The position numbers and the translations under genes are program-made. A DNA stretch of 62,902 bases, the filler included, from Octopus bimaculoides (lineage: Eukaryota): assembly GCF_001194135.2 (NCBI RefSeq). It is 4 parts of 4 records of this genome, joined end to end, with 100 filler letters (N's around TTAATTAATTAA, not from the genome) between each part and the next. Parts side by side here need not be neighbours in the genome. Positions count along the whole stretch, not along the records: positions 19,690 to 50,780 come from NC_068984.1; positions 50,881 to 57,553 come from NC_068982.1; 2 more parts are not named here. One strand, 5' to 3'. Positions 39,790 to 52,269 of the stretch are shown one piece after another. Under the pieces are notes generated by a model. That model had not been told where the DNA came from, ran no database searches, and worked only from the letters and a program-made list of their open reading frames with translations. Each line of letters starts with the position of its first letter. Position 1 is the stretch's first letter.

Positions 39790-40428
39790 CAAGACCTGAA
39801 ATTTTGGCCGGAGGAGATTAGTTGATTAAATCGGCCTCTGCTGGACTGGTACTTAATTTTTCGATACCGGAAGGATGAAACGAATTTGACTTCGACAGGA
39901 TTTAAAGTCAGAACGTAAGGGGCCTGAACAAATACTGTAAGGTATTTTATCCGGGACTCTAGCAATTCTGTCACTCCGTCATCCTTTTTGGAGCACTGAT
40001 AAGTCTTTCTAATATTGGCACAAGGCCAGAAGTTTTGAGGGGATCAGAAGTCGATTACATCGACTCCCAGTGTTCAGCTGGTACATATTTATCGAACTCG
40101 AAAAGATGAAAAGCAAAGTCGACCTCGACAGCATTTGAATTCAGAATATAAGGGACCGGAACAAATGCCACTAAGAATTTTGTCCGGCGCAGTAACGATT
40201 CTGCCAGCTCGTTGTCTTTTTTGGAGCAAAGATTATCTTTTCTATTATAGGCACACAGATAGACATTTTGGGAGAGGGGAATAGTCGATTAAATCGATCC
40301 CCAATATTCAGCTGGTACTTATTTTATCGGTCCCAAAAGTCAATTTCGGCAGCATTTGAACTCAAAACGTAAAGATCCAGAAGAAAATTTTTAGGTCGAT
40401 GCGGTTAAGATTCTGTCAGCTCGCCGCC
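39790..40428 (-). mobile_element. Three tandem SINE family B copies
   Basis: Three units of about 210-220 bp, each matching 36497-type sequence. Confidence 0.85.
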
Positions 40429-40796
40429 TTTTTTTGAAGCACAGATAATAAAGTAGAGCGGCTGTTAATGTGATGCTGTTATTACGTAAATGAAACAATG
40501 CAATTATTATTCATAATACAAAGAAAGAAAGAGAAAGGGAGGGGAATAGGGGAGAGAAGAGCAACGAGAAATACAAAGAAGACAGGCAGACAGACAAGGT
40601 AAGCGGGTTTGTTTGTTTATTTCAGAATTGTATTTATAAATTCAAGATAAAACAGCTAAAAGACGTCATTCTTAGATGAAATAGAGGTTAAGAGGTTTTA
40701 GATTATGTATAGAATAAAATAGAAAGAAAAATGTTACAGCAATATCTAACTTTCTCACTGCCGTGACTTTCAACCTCTTTCTTCCCATCCCCCTCA

Positions 40797-40842
<46 letters not shown>

Positions 40843-41186
40843 NNNNNNNNNNNNNNNNNNNNNNNNNNNNNNNNNNNNNNNNNNNNNNNNNNNNNNNNNN
40901 NNNNNNNNNNNNNNNNNNNNNNNNNNNNNNNNNNNNNNNNNNNNNNNNNNNNNNNNNNNNNNNNNNNNNNNNNNNNNNNNNNNNNNNNNNNNNNNNNNNN
41001 NNNNNNNNNNNNNNNNNNNNNNNNNNNNNNNNNNNNNNNNNNNNNNNNNNNNNNNNNNNNNNNNNNNNNNNNNNNNNNNNNNNNNNNNNNNNNNNNNNNN
41101 NNNNNNNNNNNNNNNNNNNNNNNNNNNNNNNNNNNNNNNNNNNNNNNNNNNNNNNNNNNNNNNNNNNNNNNNNNNNNNNNNNNNNN

Positions 41187-41510
41187 GCCGCAGCCGCCAC
41201 CGCCGCCGCCGCCTAACTTGCTGCACCACCGTTACTAGCCACATCTACATCACCATTCACATTTTGTGGCCAACACTACATTGACGACGACGACGACGAC
41301 CACCACCACCACCACCACCACCATCACTGCTGGTGCCACCACCATCGCTACCTTTAGGAATAATAACTTCATCCTCCACTTCCTACCACTACATGTACAT
41401 TTCTTTTGCTGCCATTTCCATCACTTAACTCCTGCGGTCACCACCACCACCACTACCATTGCCATAATCAACATCACCACCACCACCAACAAGAAGAAGA
41501 AGAAGAAGAT
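41187..41510. repeat. (CCG)/(CAC)/(GAC)/(AAG) low-complexity tract
   Basis: Visible. Confidence 0.85.
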
Positions 41511-42181
41511 TAAGGACACTGACCTGCTTCCATAATCATTTATAGTCACGTGAATGAAGGTACGGTAGTGAAAGCTTCCAAATCCTCTTTAACGATTTAT
41601 TTATGGTAACAACATTGTCATGATACAAACATTTTTCTCTCTGGGTTACTTCGTTCAGTCATTATTTCTTTCTGTAGTTTAGCAGCTTTTTCACACTCTT
41701 ACACTCATATTCATATACACTCATATCTACATATACATGAAATCTTCCGTAATCCTTGACAGGTCAATGGGTCACTACTGAAGACATTTGTTTGTATGTT
41801 TATTAATGCCATACTGCACTACACAGACTGTATCAAGAGATTTTTTATTCAGCACAGTGTATCTTAAAACGACTGAAAGAATATATGTTTTGGAATTCCA
41901 ACTACGTTTCGTGGTTCGCTACCTAAACAGCTTCATTATAGGATCCAGTGACTAAAGACATCATAGGGAGGAACCACGTCCGATTTCAGCCCCTATTCCT
42001 CTACCGTTTTCGACGTGGCGTCCCCATCTTTTGGACGTGTCTTCAGCTCTGGTGTGAAGATATTTTGTGCCTCCAGCTAGCAGGTCTGACGTGTCGCCTC
42101 TATTGCGAAGTGCAATAGTCGACGTGAAACCAATGGTAACTATTTGACCGGTTATATGCCATAGCAACAATATACAACTCG

Positions 42182-42272
<91 letters not shown>

Positions 42273-42870
42273 AACAATATATGAGTATATGCATATATAT
42301 GTACATGTATGTACATACTTTCATCTACATGTACATAGTACATATAGATAGATATCTGGGTACATGACGTTGCAAAAGAACATGGACAAAATGATAAACA
42401 AGGTACAAAAAACAAGCAGGCCACATAGAGAACTTATCCTTCATCAGTTGCCACCATTAAAACACCGGCGTTTCGAAGAGTTAGGGCAGTACGCATCGTT
42501 AAAATGGCTCTTCCCACGAACACAAATTAAATTTTTTTCGTGGAGGATAGTGGCGGACGGAAAACAAGACAGGAAAATGAAACGGTGAAATAAACAAACA
42601 AAAGGGCTGTACAGCCAGACGTGGAGAAGTGTGTATGTATTGAACGCTGTGAAGCACGAACTGGAGAGGCGAAGAAGTGCGTGCGAAGCTTGGGGAGTCC
42701 AAAACCGAAAAGAAATAGCAACCGGACACACGTGACTAGTGAGGGGTAGGGAGAAAGAGTAGCAGAGGGAGAAGAAGGGGAGGAAGTAGAATATAAGTGA
42801 GCAATGAGAGGTAGAGAGGGAGAGAGATAGTAGTAGTGACGGTGAGAGGCGAAAGACGAACAACGAGAGC

Positions 42871-42922
<52 letters not shown>

Positions 42923-43612
42923 NNNNNNNNNNNNNNNNNNNNNNNNNNNNNNNNNNNNNNNNNNNNNNNNNNNNNNNNNNNNNNNNNNNNNNNNNNNNNN
43001 NNNNNNNNNNNNNNNNNNNNNNNNNNNNNNNNNNNNNNNNNNNNNNNNNNNNNNNNNNNNNNNNNNNNNNNNNNNNNNNNNNNNNNNNNNNNNNNNNNNN
43101 NNNNNNNNNNNNNNNNNNNNNNNNNNNNNNNNNNNNNNNNNNNNNNNNNNNNNNNNNNNNNNNNNNNNNNNNNNNNNNNNNNNNNNNNNNNNNNNNNNNN
43201 NNNNNNNNNNNNNNNNNNNNNNNNNNNNNNNNNNNNNNNNNNNNNNNNNNNNNNNNNNNNNNNNNNNNNNNNNNNNNNNNNNNNNNNNNNNNNNNNNNNN
43301 NNNNNNNNNNNNNNNNNNNNNNNNNNNNNNNNNNNNNNNNNNNNNNNNNNNNNNNNNNNNNNNNNNNNNNNNNNNNNNNNNNNNNNNNNNNNNNNNNNNN
43401 NNNNNNNNNNNNNNNNNNNNNNNNNNNNNNNNNNNNNNNNNNNNNNNNNNNNNNNNNNNNNNNNNNNNNNNNNNNNNNNNNNNNNNNNNNNNNNNNNNNN
43501 NNNNNNNNNNNNNNNNNNNNNNNNNNNNNNNNNNNNNNNNNNNNNNNNNNNNNNNNNNNNNNNNNNNNNNNNNNNNNNNNNNNNNNNNNNNNNNNNNNNN
43601 NNNNNNNNNNNN

Positions 43613-43648
<36 letters not shown>

Positions 43649-43684
43649 GCGCAGGATTCGCTGTGCGGTAAGAAGCTTGCTTCC
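43649..43684 (+). mobile_element. Truncated SINE family A head
   Basis: GCGCAGGATTCGCTGTGCGGTAAGAAGCTTGCTTCC matches the first ~37 nt of family A. Confidence 0.75.
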
Positions 43685-45344
43685 GGTGTATGGTTTGTCA
43701 GCTGAATTGTTGGTTTTGCGATTCACACACGTGTTTTTTTTTGTGTGTGTCTTAGTGGTGCGACGTTTTCCCTCTTGTTTAATGGGGGGAGGGGGCGTCG
43801 GGGGAGGAGTTGCGAAAGTTTGAAATTGTTCTTCTTCAGATTTCGTGAACTGTCCTTCTTTAGACTTTGTGTCATCTGTGGAAGAAATGGTGGAGTGTTT
43901 GAAGAAGATAGACGAAGCAATGTAGACGAAGAATTATGCAGAGGCGACGAAGGAAAGAAGCGAAGACGTGAGGCTGGAGGATGTAAGCAAATTCAAGGGA
44001 ATGATTAAAAGGGAGGGAGACGAAGTGAAGGTGGTCCCCCACATAGAAGTGTTAAAAGAGTAAAATGCGAAAACTATAATTTATAGAACATACTCGGTAA
44101 CAGCCAGGAAGATTGGAGTCATGTCAACGGCTCAAGTGGAAAAGGCAATTAAACCAATCTCGCAGGGAATTGCCTTCCTCGCCAGAGGTAGAAAATTTGG
44201 AACAGTGGAGGTGCGATTTCGGGAGGTAGCTACTGCCAGGCTGCACTGATGAAGTGGTTCTTCTACCCATATACCTTGGGAGACGTGCTTCCAGGGTTAG
44301 GGTAGAAGATATACCCCAAGAAGTGGATGTAGCCTGGCTGGTAGCTGCCATACTGCTAGGCGTGGAAGAGGTGTTGATCCTCCAGTCCACCAGAACAACC
44401 TACAGGAACTGTCAAGGACAAGCCTCGATATGGTGGTACAAGTTGCAGTGGAAGATATAGAAAATATGGTAGAGACAATCACGGTTGGAGACGCAACACT
44501 GAAAGTCAGAGTGGAAGGGAGGATTCCGCGGTACTATAAATGTGGCCTAAAAGGCCACATCAGAGCGTATTGTCCTCCACCACCTGTGAAAGCTAAAGAA
44601 AGACAAAGGGGTGAGAAAGTGGCTGGTGCTCCACTACCCGTGGAGGTTGAGGAAAAGGAGAGTGAAGCGGCACCGCAGATGAAGACCAGTACCAGCGTCG
44701 AAGAAGAGATGGACAATGAATAGGAAACAGCTGGGAAAAAGTGAAGAGGAAAAAGCACACGCTGTAAAGAACGACCCCATCCCACACCCACCCACACCCA
44801 CTCTACCCAAACCACTCCCTACAGAAACCAGCCCTCAGCATGTCCTACCAGACATAAACGCAAGCACAAACACACAGGAGCTCCAAATTTCCCCACCTCC
44901 GCCCTTGAAAAAATATGTTATAATGTACAGTGGGGACAATGAAGTGTATAACAAAATGGACTCGTGGGACGTATCAAGAGGGAAAGGGATGACCGAGTAC
45001 TTTCGTTGTGTAGTGGCAGACCCAGCATATATACCAAGATTAGAGGACTTTGAGGAAAACCATAACTATGAGTGCTGGGTCAATGCCTAAGCAAGTAAGT
45101 GTTTATGATATTTTAAAGAAGCTCAATGTAAATATCCTTCGGAGGAATGATAATTAGCTCTCGCTAATAATTGTGTTATAAACTAGTGTTTAAAAAGAAA
45201 AATGAAGTCGCTCGGAGGTGGGGCCGAACGGCTTCATTTCATTTTTCATTTTATTTAATTCGTCTTTTCCATTCGTTTTGGGTTTTTTCCCCACCTTGTG
45301 CTGTCCCCTCTATGTACGGCCTTCATGGTCAATCTCATAAAATA
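43685..45344 (+). mobile_element. Tx1-like retroelement with 5' UTR, decayed ORF1 and 3' end, but no ORF2
   Basis: ORF1 from about 43887 to 45090 with stops and frameshifts; zinc knuckle (C>Y)YKCGLKGHIRAYC; the 3' end resembles the Tx1 3' ends at 51880 and 57481. Confidence 0.75.
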
Positions 45345-45359
45345 AAGAAGCTTGCTTCC

Positions 45360-46190
45360 GGTATATCGTTTGTCAGTTGAATTGTTGTCTTTGTGAGTGG
45401 TGCACTTGTTTTCTTGGTTGTCTTAGCGGTGCTACGTTTTCCCTCTTGTTTAATGGAGGGGCGTCGGGCTAGGAGTTGTGAAGAATTGAATTGTTATTCT
45501 TCAGACTTTGTGTCGTCTGAGGAAGAAATGGTGGAGTGTTTGAAGAAGACTGACGAGGCAATGGGGACAAAAAAATTATGCAGAGGTGACGAAAAAAAAA
45601 GCCGAAGACGTGAGGCTGGAGGATATAAGTAAATACAAGGAAATGATCAAAAGGGAGGGGAACGAAATGAAGGTGTCCCCACTAAAGAAGCGTTAAAGAA
45701 AGAGATGAGAAAACAATAATGTATAGAACGTACCCGGTAGCAGCCAGGAAGATTGAAATCATGACGATGGCTCAAATTGAAAGGGCACTTAAAACAATCA
45801 GGCAAGGAATTTCCTACCTTCCCAGAGGAAGAAAGTTTGGGATAGTGGAGATGCGTTTTCGGGAGGTAGCTACTGCCAGGCTGCGCTCAGCTACACCTTT
45901 AAAAGCCGAAGAAGTGGTGCTTCTACCCGTATACCTTGGGAGACGTGCTTCCAGGGTTAAGTGGATGTAGCCTGGCTGGTAGCTGCTAGGCATGGAGGAG
46001 AAGGTGGTGGTCCTCCAGGCCACCAGAACACCCCGAAGGAACTGGCAAGCGCAAAACCTGGACATGGTGGTACAGGATTGTCCTCCACCACCTGTGAAGG
46101 TTAAGGAAAGAATTACAGGTACGGCAGAAATAGGAAGTAAGAGTGAGAGAAAATTGTGGTGAAAGAGTACAGCAGGGTTCACCACCATCC
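45360..46190 (+). mobile_element. Second related Tx1-like 5' UTR/ORF1 fragment
   Basis: Collinear with 43685 onward, roughly 80% similar by eye, with different deletions. Confidence 0.8.
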
Positions 46191-46194
46191 CCTG

Positions 46195-46310
46195 CCGGAG
46201 CCTCGTGGAGCTTTAGGTGTTTTCGCTCAATAAACACTCACAACGCCCGGTCTGGGAATCGAGACCGCGATCCTATGACCGCGAGTTCACTGCTCTTACC
46301 ACTAGTGTGT
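46195..46310 (-). mobile_element. tRNA-derived SINE head (family C-like)
   Basis: Minus strand TAGTGGTAAGAG...GGTCTCGATTCCC, followed by TTGTGAGTGTTTATTGAGCGAAAACAC. Confidence 0.7.
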
Positions 46311-46412
46311 GTTTCGCTTTTTTTTTTTTGCGTTTTACTGCATAAACGTCACCAATGGCCTACCCTAAGTAATTACTGACGACACGTACCTGATAGATAG
46401 ATAGATAGATTT

Positions 46413-46600
46413 AAAAATATCAATCGACTAAAAAAATTCTTTTTTTACTTTCCTCAATTAAAAATATGTAAAAAAAAAGTTCATTTCATAAAAACCATGG
46501 TAGTATGAAGTGTAGGAGCGTAAGAGAATTCGACAAAATCAAGTCAAAACACATTTACGGCCATTTCGGGAGTTCAATGCCGCGGTCGATTGATATTTTT
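46413..46600. repeat. 16-bp perfect inverted repeat pair
   Basis: AAAAATATCAATCGAC at 46413-46428 and its complement at 46585-46600. Confidence 0.6.
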
Positions 46601-46973
46601 ATTTAGGTCTTTAGTCGCCTGACACACTTTAGTAATTCATTTGGATTGCTTATTTTTAGTCGATTGTATAAACCTTCTTGATTGGCCGTTCTATATATTT
46701 GTATTTTATTTGCATATATATTTTTTACCTTCTTTGTTTTTTATGTACGTATTCTTTTTATATGTTGAAGGCTATGGTAATATTTATACATGATCAATTT
46801 TGTATAGAAGCGTGGTGTAATATAAAGTCGTTGACTCGAATTTGATGTTTGTCCTCAAATCCATGTTTGTTTGTTTTTTTTTAATCTCTGTCTCAATTTC
46901 AGTTGAGCACTTCTTTTTTGCAGTCTTATAAACCCTTTTGTTTCCATAAAAAGAGGGAAAAATTATTTCTTGT

Positions 46974-47021
<48 letters not shown>

Positions 47022-47099
47022 AGTTTGTGTGATTGTATATAGAATATATTAATCGATGATATTCCAGTCCCACTGTCTTTGCTACACGCATGACACGAT

Positions 47100-47530
47100 C
47101 CAAGTAGTCTTGTGCTTCTATAAGGCTATGAGCAAAGAGTGACAAAATAGACAGAAGGAGAACGGCATGTGGAGCAATGTCTGACATCAACCCAACAACG
47201 AAGATAAAAATGTACAAAAGTCTGTCTTCCGATTTTTACATATGGATACAAGACATGGGTAACGAATACGAATCAGCAAAGGGTTATGGTGAACACTTTT
47301 CACGCAAGAAACCTGACGAAAATATATATCAGATATCCTATAACGACCATATTTCCAATGATACATTGTACTAAATGGCTGACAGAAAGTAAATGAGCAC
47401 AAGGATAAAGGAACGACGGCTGAGATGGATTGGTCACCTGCTGCAACTCCCACCCAATGGATGCTTAACACCCAACAAGATGGAAAGCGCGAGAGGGAAC
47501 AACCAAGAACGACTCATTACTGTATAATTC
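47100..47530 (+). mobile_element. RTE-clade LINE, decayed RT C-terminus
   Basis: TKIKMYKS...PIFTYGYKTW...ISYNDHISNDTLY...IKERRLRWIGHLL across frameshifts. Confidence 0.8.
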
Positions 47531-47893
47531 GTGCAAACTGTTGGATGTTGCTCAGTGAAACACTTCTAGTGGCTGAAGATGGAAATGAGTAGAAAGCTTT
47601 AATAAACTATGTCTGCCAATGACTAAGTATATCCTTTTCCCACTATTATTCATATGGCTGTGTTGAATTTTGAATAATGTGTATGTATATATAAAAAAGC
47701 AAATATATAAAAGCATTATTACTGTTAAAAACAGTAATAATGAGGTGGTTAGCAAGACTTGTACCTAAATAGGTATAAGAAATATTTGAATAAAATACCG
47801 CTTGCCAAAGATGAAAGCGAAAACTTCACACATGAGCAATGCAATGAATATTTTATTGTATGTATATATAAAAAAGCAANNNNNNNNNNNNNN

Positions 47894-47924
<31 letters not shown>

Positions 47925-48226
47925 AGTACAGGGTTTAAGTCAATCATGTACCTAAATAGTAAAGCACCAAGTTCGAGTTAGAAATAGCAATCATGTACAA
48001 AACAAAATGAGAGGAACATATAGGTACATACCAAAGTACAGACGGATTAATATTCCAGAAGCATATACGATCACAAGCACCCAACTGAATATACCACGAG
48101 TCTAAAGGTTATACGAAGGAACAGACACTGCACCAGTTGTACTGCACTTAATAGATTCCAGATCTATATTTGCAGGTTTCGAGTAAGGTGAATAATAAGT
48201 AAATAACAACAGAGGGAAATTGCTTC

Positions 48227-48320
48227 ATTAACTACAGCTGTTTCAAATGAGTTTTTTTTAAAATTTATGAAGAGAATTATTACATCATCCGAAAAAAAAG
48301 CCCGTTTTCATCAGGTGAAT
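48227..48320 (-). ncRNA. Hammerhead ribozyme-like motif with extended stem II
   Basis: ATTCAC-CTGATGA-stem II of about 15 bp-GAAAC-AGCT-GTA-GTTAAT; all core positions intact. Confidence 0.6.
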
Positions 48321-50699
48321 ATACACGAATTAAACATTAAAAAAAGACATTCCAAGAATCAACATTATGTGCCACTTCATGATTCCTGGCTATTTTGACC
48401 TAGTTCTTTAGGAAGGGTGATAGTAGTGCAGGGGTTTGTTTGGATATACATATATAGATATCGCTATGTAATCATCATTACATTAAGATGCTCTACGCTT
48501 TCAGTTTTACTGTTGGCAACTAAGAGCAAATCTTTTATAAAATAATTCTGAAATCTAGTTTTAATTAATTTATTTATTTCATCAAATTTAAGTAAAATAG
48601 TTTAGATATATTGTGCGTGTATATGTATTTGCGCGCGTGTATGCGTGTGCGTGTGCGTGTATGTGTGCGCGTTACTTCATCTTACCATATCTGGAAGAAC
48701 AATATAAAGAAACGGTATTTTCATATTAAACTCCTGTGATTTTCCGCTTGACCTTTGAAAAATGTCACATTAATGATATATTTTAAGATTGCAAGATGTT
48801 GTTTGTCAGTTATTTTTGATAAATTGGCACGTTGCCGACCACTTTATTAAATCGTCGTATTATTCAGATTTGTTGACTGATGTCAGGATAAGGTAATTGT
48901 GTGTACGGTTGTTGAGGGTTAATAGATCCTCGATACTCGAAATCTTGCTCGAGTGGTCTTTTGAGGTTGAGATTTTAAGTCAGTCTAATACGGCAGTACA
49001 TGTCCTCTCGCTAAGAGCCGTATCAACAAGGTGCTGATGCTGGAAATCACGAGAACAAATTTGCTGTGGGTGAACGGATAAACCCAGAACGGAAATGCAG
49101 TAAGCAAAGCACCTCTTGCTATGCAGTAAGGACATCTATATTTGTTAGTAAGGAGGCTGCTTGATGTAAATTAATCTCGATCTTATTTGATATGATAGCA
49201 GAGTCTCAGTATTGATGTTGGAGCTAGCCTGTCAGCTAGGAGCAGAATATTTTTGGAAAGTTAGCTGAAATAAATATCTGTTGTACACAATTCGTCAGCA
49301 AAACATTTTTAAAAGAAAATTTTTAAAACTATAGATATTAATTATTAAATATAAAAAGTAAAACTGCTAATTCAATGCATTGAATTCAGTATGTAATGAC
49401 TAATACCTTTGTCATATTGCAATGCAATTGGCCGTTGTTGCAGGGAATACTTTGCCATCAGAAAAGCCTTACCTAACTAATTCACCTAACTCTGACGTTG
49501 AACTAGTTGCCACTGTAAATAGTTTTAATCAGCTTGTCAAATGCATACAATGTCACCAGAATTAGCATAACAATCATATCATATCTCCAGAACACAAATC
49601 AGTTTAATTCCTTGGAAAATTACATCTAACACCATTTGCAAGGTTTGTTCTGTATCAGTTGTCAAATCACTTTCTTTATTAATTGAGTTTGAAATACATG
49701 TGTAGCTTGCACTTGATTCACTATTGATATTTGTGTCATTGTTTATTTGATCTGCATTGTTTATTTGATCTATTCACCGCAGGACTAATCACAGCTGTAT
49801 TATTCCTGCTTGAGATATAAATCTAGCTTGTGTGTTCATCACTTCTGCTACAACGATACAAAGCTGGAGCTAGAGCTTCATAAATCATTGTTGTTGGTGA
49901 TTATATTTCTCTATCAAAGCTGACAGACTAAGGAGTCTTCCTGGATGAAGGTTTTTCCGATAACTCAAAAGCATGCAGCTCAAATATACATATTCGTACT
50001 TGAGGTAAAGGATGTACGACACAACAATGGCAAGCCCGGTTAAATAACAGCAAATTTCAATAGCAGATTCAGACATGACAGAGGTTTGACTGCGTTACTT
50101 GATTGTTACAAGAAATTTCAGGACATTAATGACAAAAGACAACTAATAATTTTCAAGAAATTCTCAGGACTTGAGGAAATGAACTTTGCAGTATAGGATC
50201 CGCGGCAATATCATCGATTCAATAAAAACTGAGAGTTACTGAGAGGGTCAGATTACTATATCAATCTAGGACAGTTATAACAGCCTCTCCTGAAAAAAAA
50301 AAAAGCTATGAAACTTCTGGAATGCACCTCGTACGACGATAATCTCTGTAAAAATCAACACTATTAGCATTAATATACAAATTCGCACGGCAGTCAGGAC
50401 ACAAGTACCTCAACACTTCTTGATTGGACTGAATTCAGCATCAACAGTCCTTTTTTTTTTTTTTAGTACGAATTAGTTTAGTAGATTGAATTTGATCCTT
50501 CATCTGTCCTGTGTATCGCACATGAGAACATATTTCCCTAGTACCCAAACATCATATGATACGCATCGCCGATTTGTTCAACCACCAAAATAACATGCGC
50601 GCACACACTAGTGATAATAAGACTTTCTGGCCTTTAGATGACAATATATATTTTTAATGCTGGCTACCTAACTTTAATATTTACTTATTCCGCGTGTCC

Positions 50700-50780
<81 letters not shown>

Positions 50781-50880
50781 NNNNNNNNNNNNNNNNNNNN
50801 NNNNNNNNNNNNNNNNNNNNNNNNTTAATTAATTAANNNNNNNNNNNNNNNNNNNNNNNNNNNNNNNNNNNNNNNNNNNN

Positions 50881-51247
50881 CGGCATCCCCAGTCCTCCAC
50901 GTAACGGTTGTTGACAGCAAATGGATCGCCTCACCATCGGAACGCCACCCTTCCATAGAAAGCGGAAAAGTATGCGTTCTAGTTTCGTGATGGTGGCATC
51001 GGGACAAGGCACGACGGTCAGGCGGTAATCGATGACTGATGCGATATACACATTAGCCACCTCCGCCCGGCCTTTTAGAGATAATTTTCTCTCAGCCCAT
51101 GTTTGGCTGAGTTTGATCACTCTACTGGTGATCTCGTCCCAGTTCTTATCCATTTGGAGGTCCGGACTGAACCAAACCCCGAGCAGTTTAACCGGTCCGT
51201 CCGTCCAGCGAAAGCTAACACGAGACCCACTGACCCTACTCTTCCCG
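50881..51247 (-). mobile_element. Tx1-like RT C-terminal fragment
   Basis: WAERKLSLKGRAEVANVYIASVIDYRL...LFRFLWKGGVPMVRRSICCQQPLRGGLGMP, homologous to the 31 kb copy. Confidence 0.9.
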
Positions 51248-51329
51248 CAGAGAGCATAAGAAGTAACAAACAGAAGATTGGTGTAGTCGCGAGCTTACAG
51301 ACACCCTTTCAGCCGTCCCACCTTTGATC

Positions 51330-51530
51330 TTGCGGAAGGAACATCGAGGATATGACAGCTGGAAGAAGAAATACCTGCACCACAAGTCAGCTGGTAGTTA
51401 TTTTAAACTAAATACACAAGATCAACTTGAAATGAAGCATTTTGCTCAAGATCAAAATGCACCGCTCTGTCAAGGAACTGAGCTCAGGACGCTGCAATCT
51501 TAAGGCCAGCGAACTGATAAGCCACGAGTG
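51330..51530 (-). mobile_element. Old SINE remnant
   Basis: GAAATGAAGCATTTTGCTCAAGA core resembles family C. Confidence 0.4.
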
Positions 51531-51808
51531 TTCCTTCAGGACTCGTTGCCATTGAGCTTCCAGATGCATGTGGAACATCTATCGCAGAGCGCCAAACAAC
51601 CATAGTAGGAACTTTAATATAAACTTGTGCTTATCCTTAATTTCCTTACGTTTACTCTGAAGCTTATAATTAGCAATTCTACCCAGTATGAAAGTAAGTT
51701 AACAACTGTACAGAAAACAGTCTGGATTGTGAAAATTCTGCATAGAGCTCTAACCATAACAGTAGTAGTCATATGTACAACTGCTTGCAAACATAAATTC
51801 TAATTAAT

Positions 51809-51879
<71 letters not shown>

Positions 51880-51881
<2 letters not shown>

Positions 51882-52265
51882 TGTTTCTTTATTAGCCACA
51901 CAGGGCTGAACACAGGGGGGACAAGTTACAAAGTAGAGCTTTTCTTTTTGGGGAGGAGAAGGAAGGAAAAAAATAAAATAAAATAAGGGGGTGGCGGAGA
52001 TTTTCGATCAAAAGGAATCGTTAAAAACAACGATCGATAGGGATCGTGTATCACAGAAATGTCATGGTGTAAAGAGGGAAACAGATTAGGTTTATCCGTG
52101 GGAAGAAAAGCCTACGGAAGAGACCACAGTAACCTTGGCCAATAATGTCATGCAGAAAAAACATTACAGTGACTCTCTTTTTACCTTTTTTTTTTCGGGA
52201 TAGATAGACAGGCATCCGGACGGATGGGCACACATAAAGGGTAAAGTCATGACCATGGGATTGCA
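51880..52265 (-). mobile_element. Tx1-like 3' UTR
   Basis: Terminus resembles 33494-33540 and 57481-57550; AATAAA lies just before a (TC)n run on the minus strand. Confidence 0.6.
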
Positions 52266-52269
52266 CCTA

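Noticed and set aside
49420-50100. Coding-like minus-strand stretch (DQINNADQINNDTNINSESS...)
   Set aside because: Multiple stops and frameshifts, no recognisable domain.
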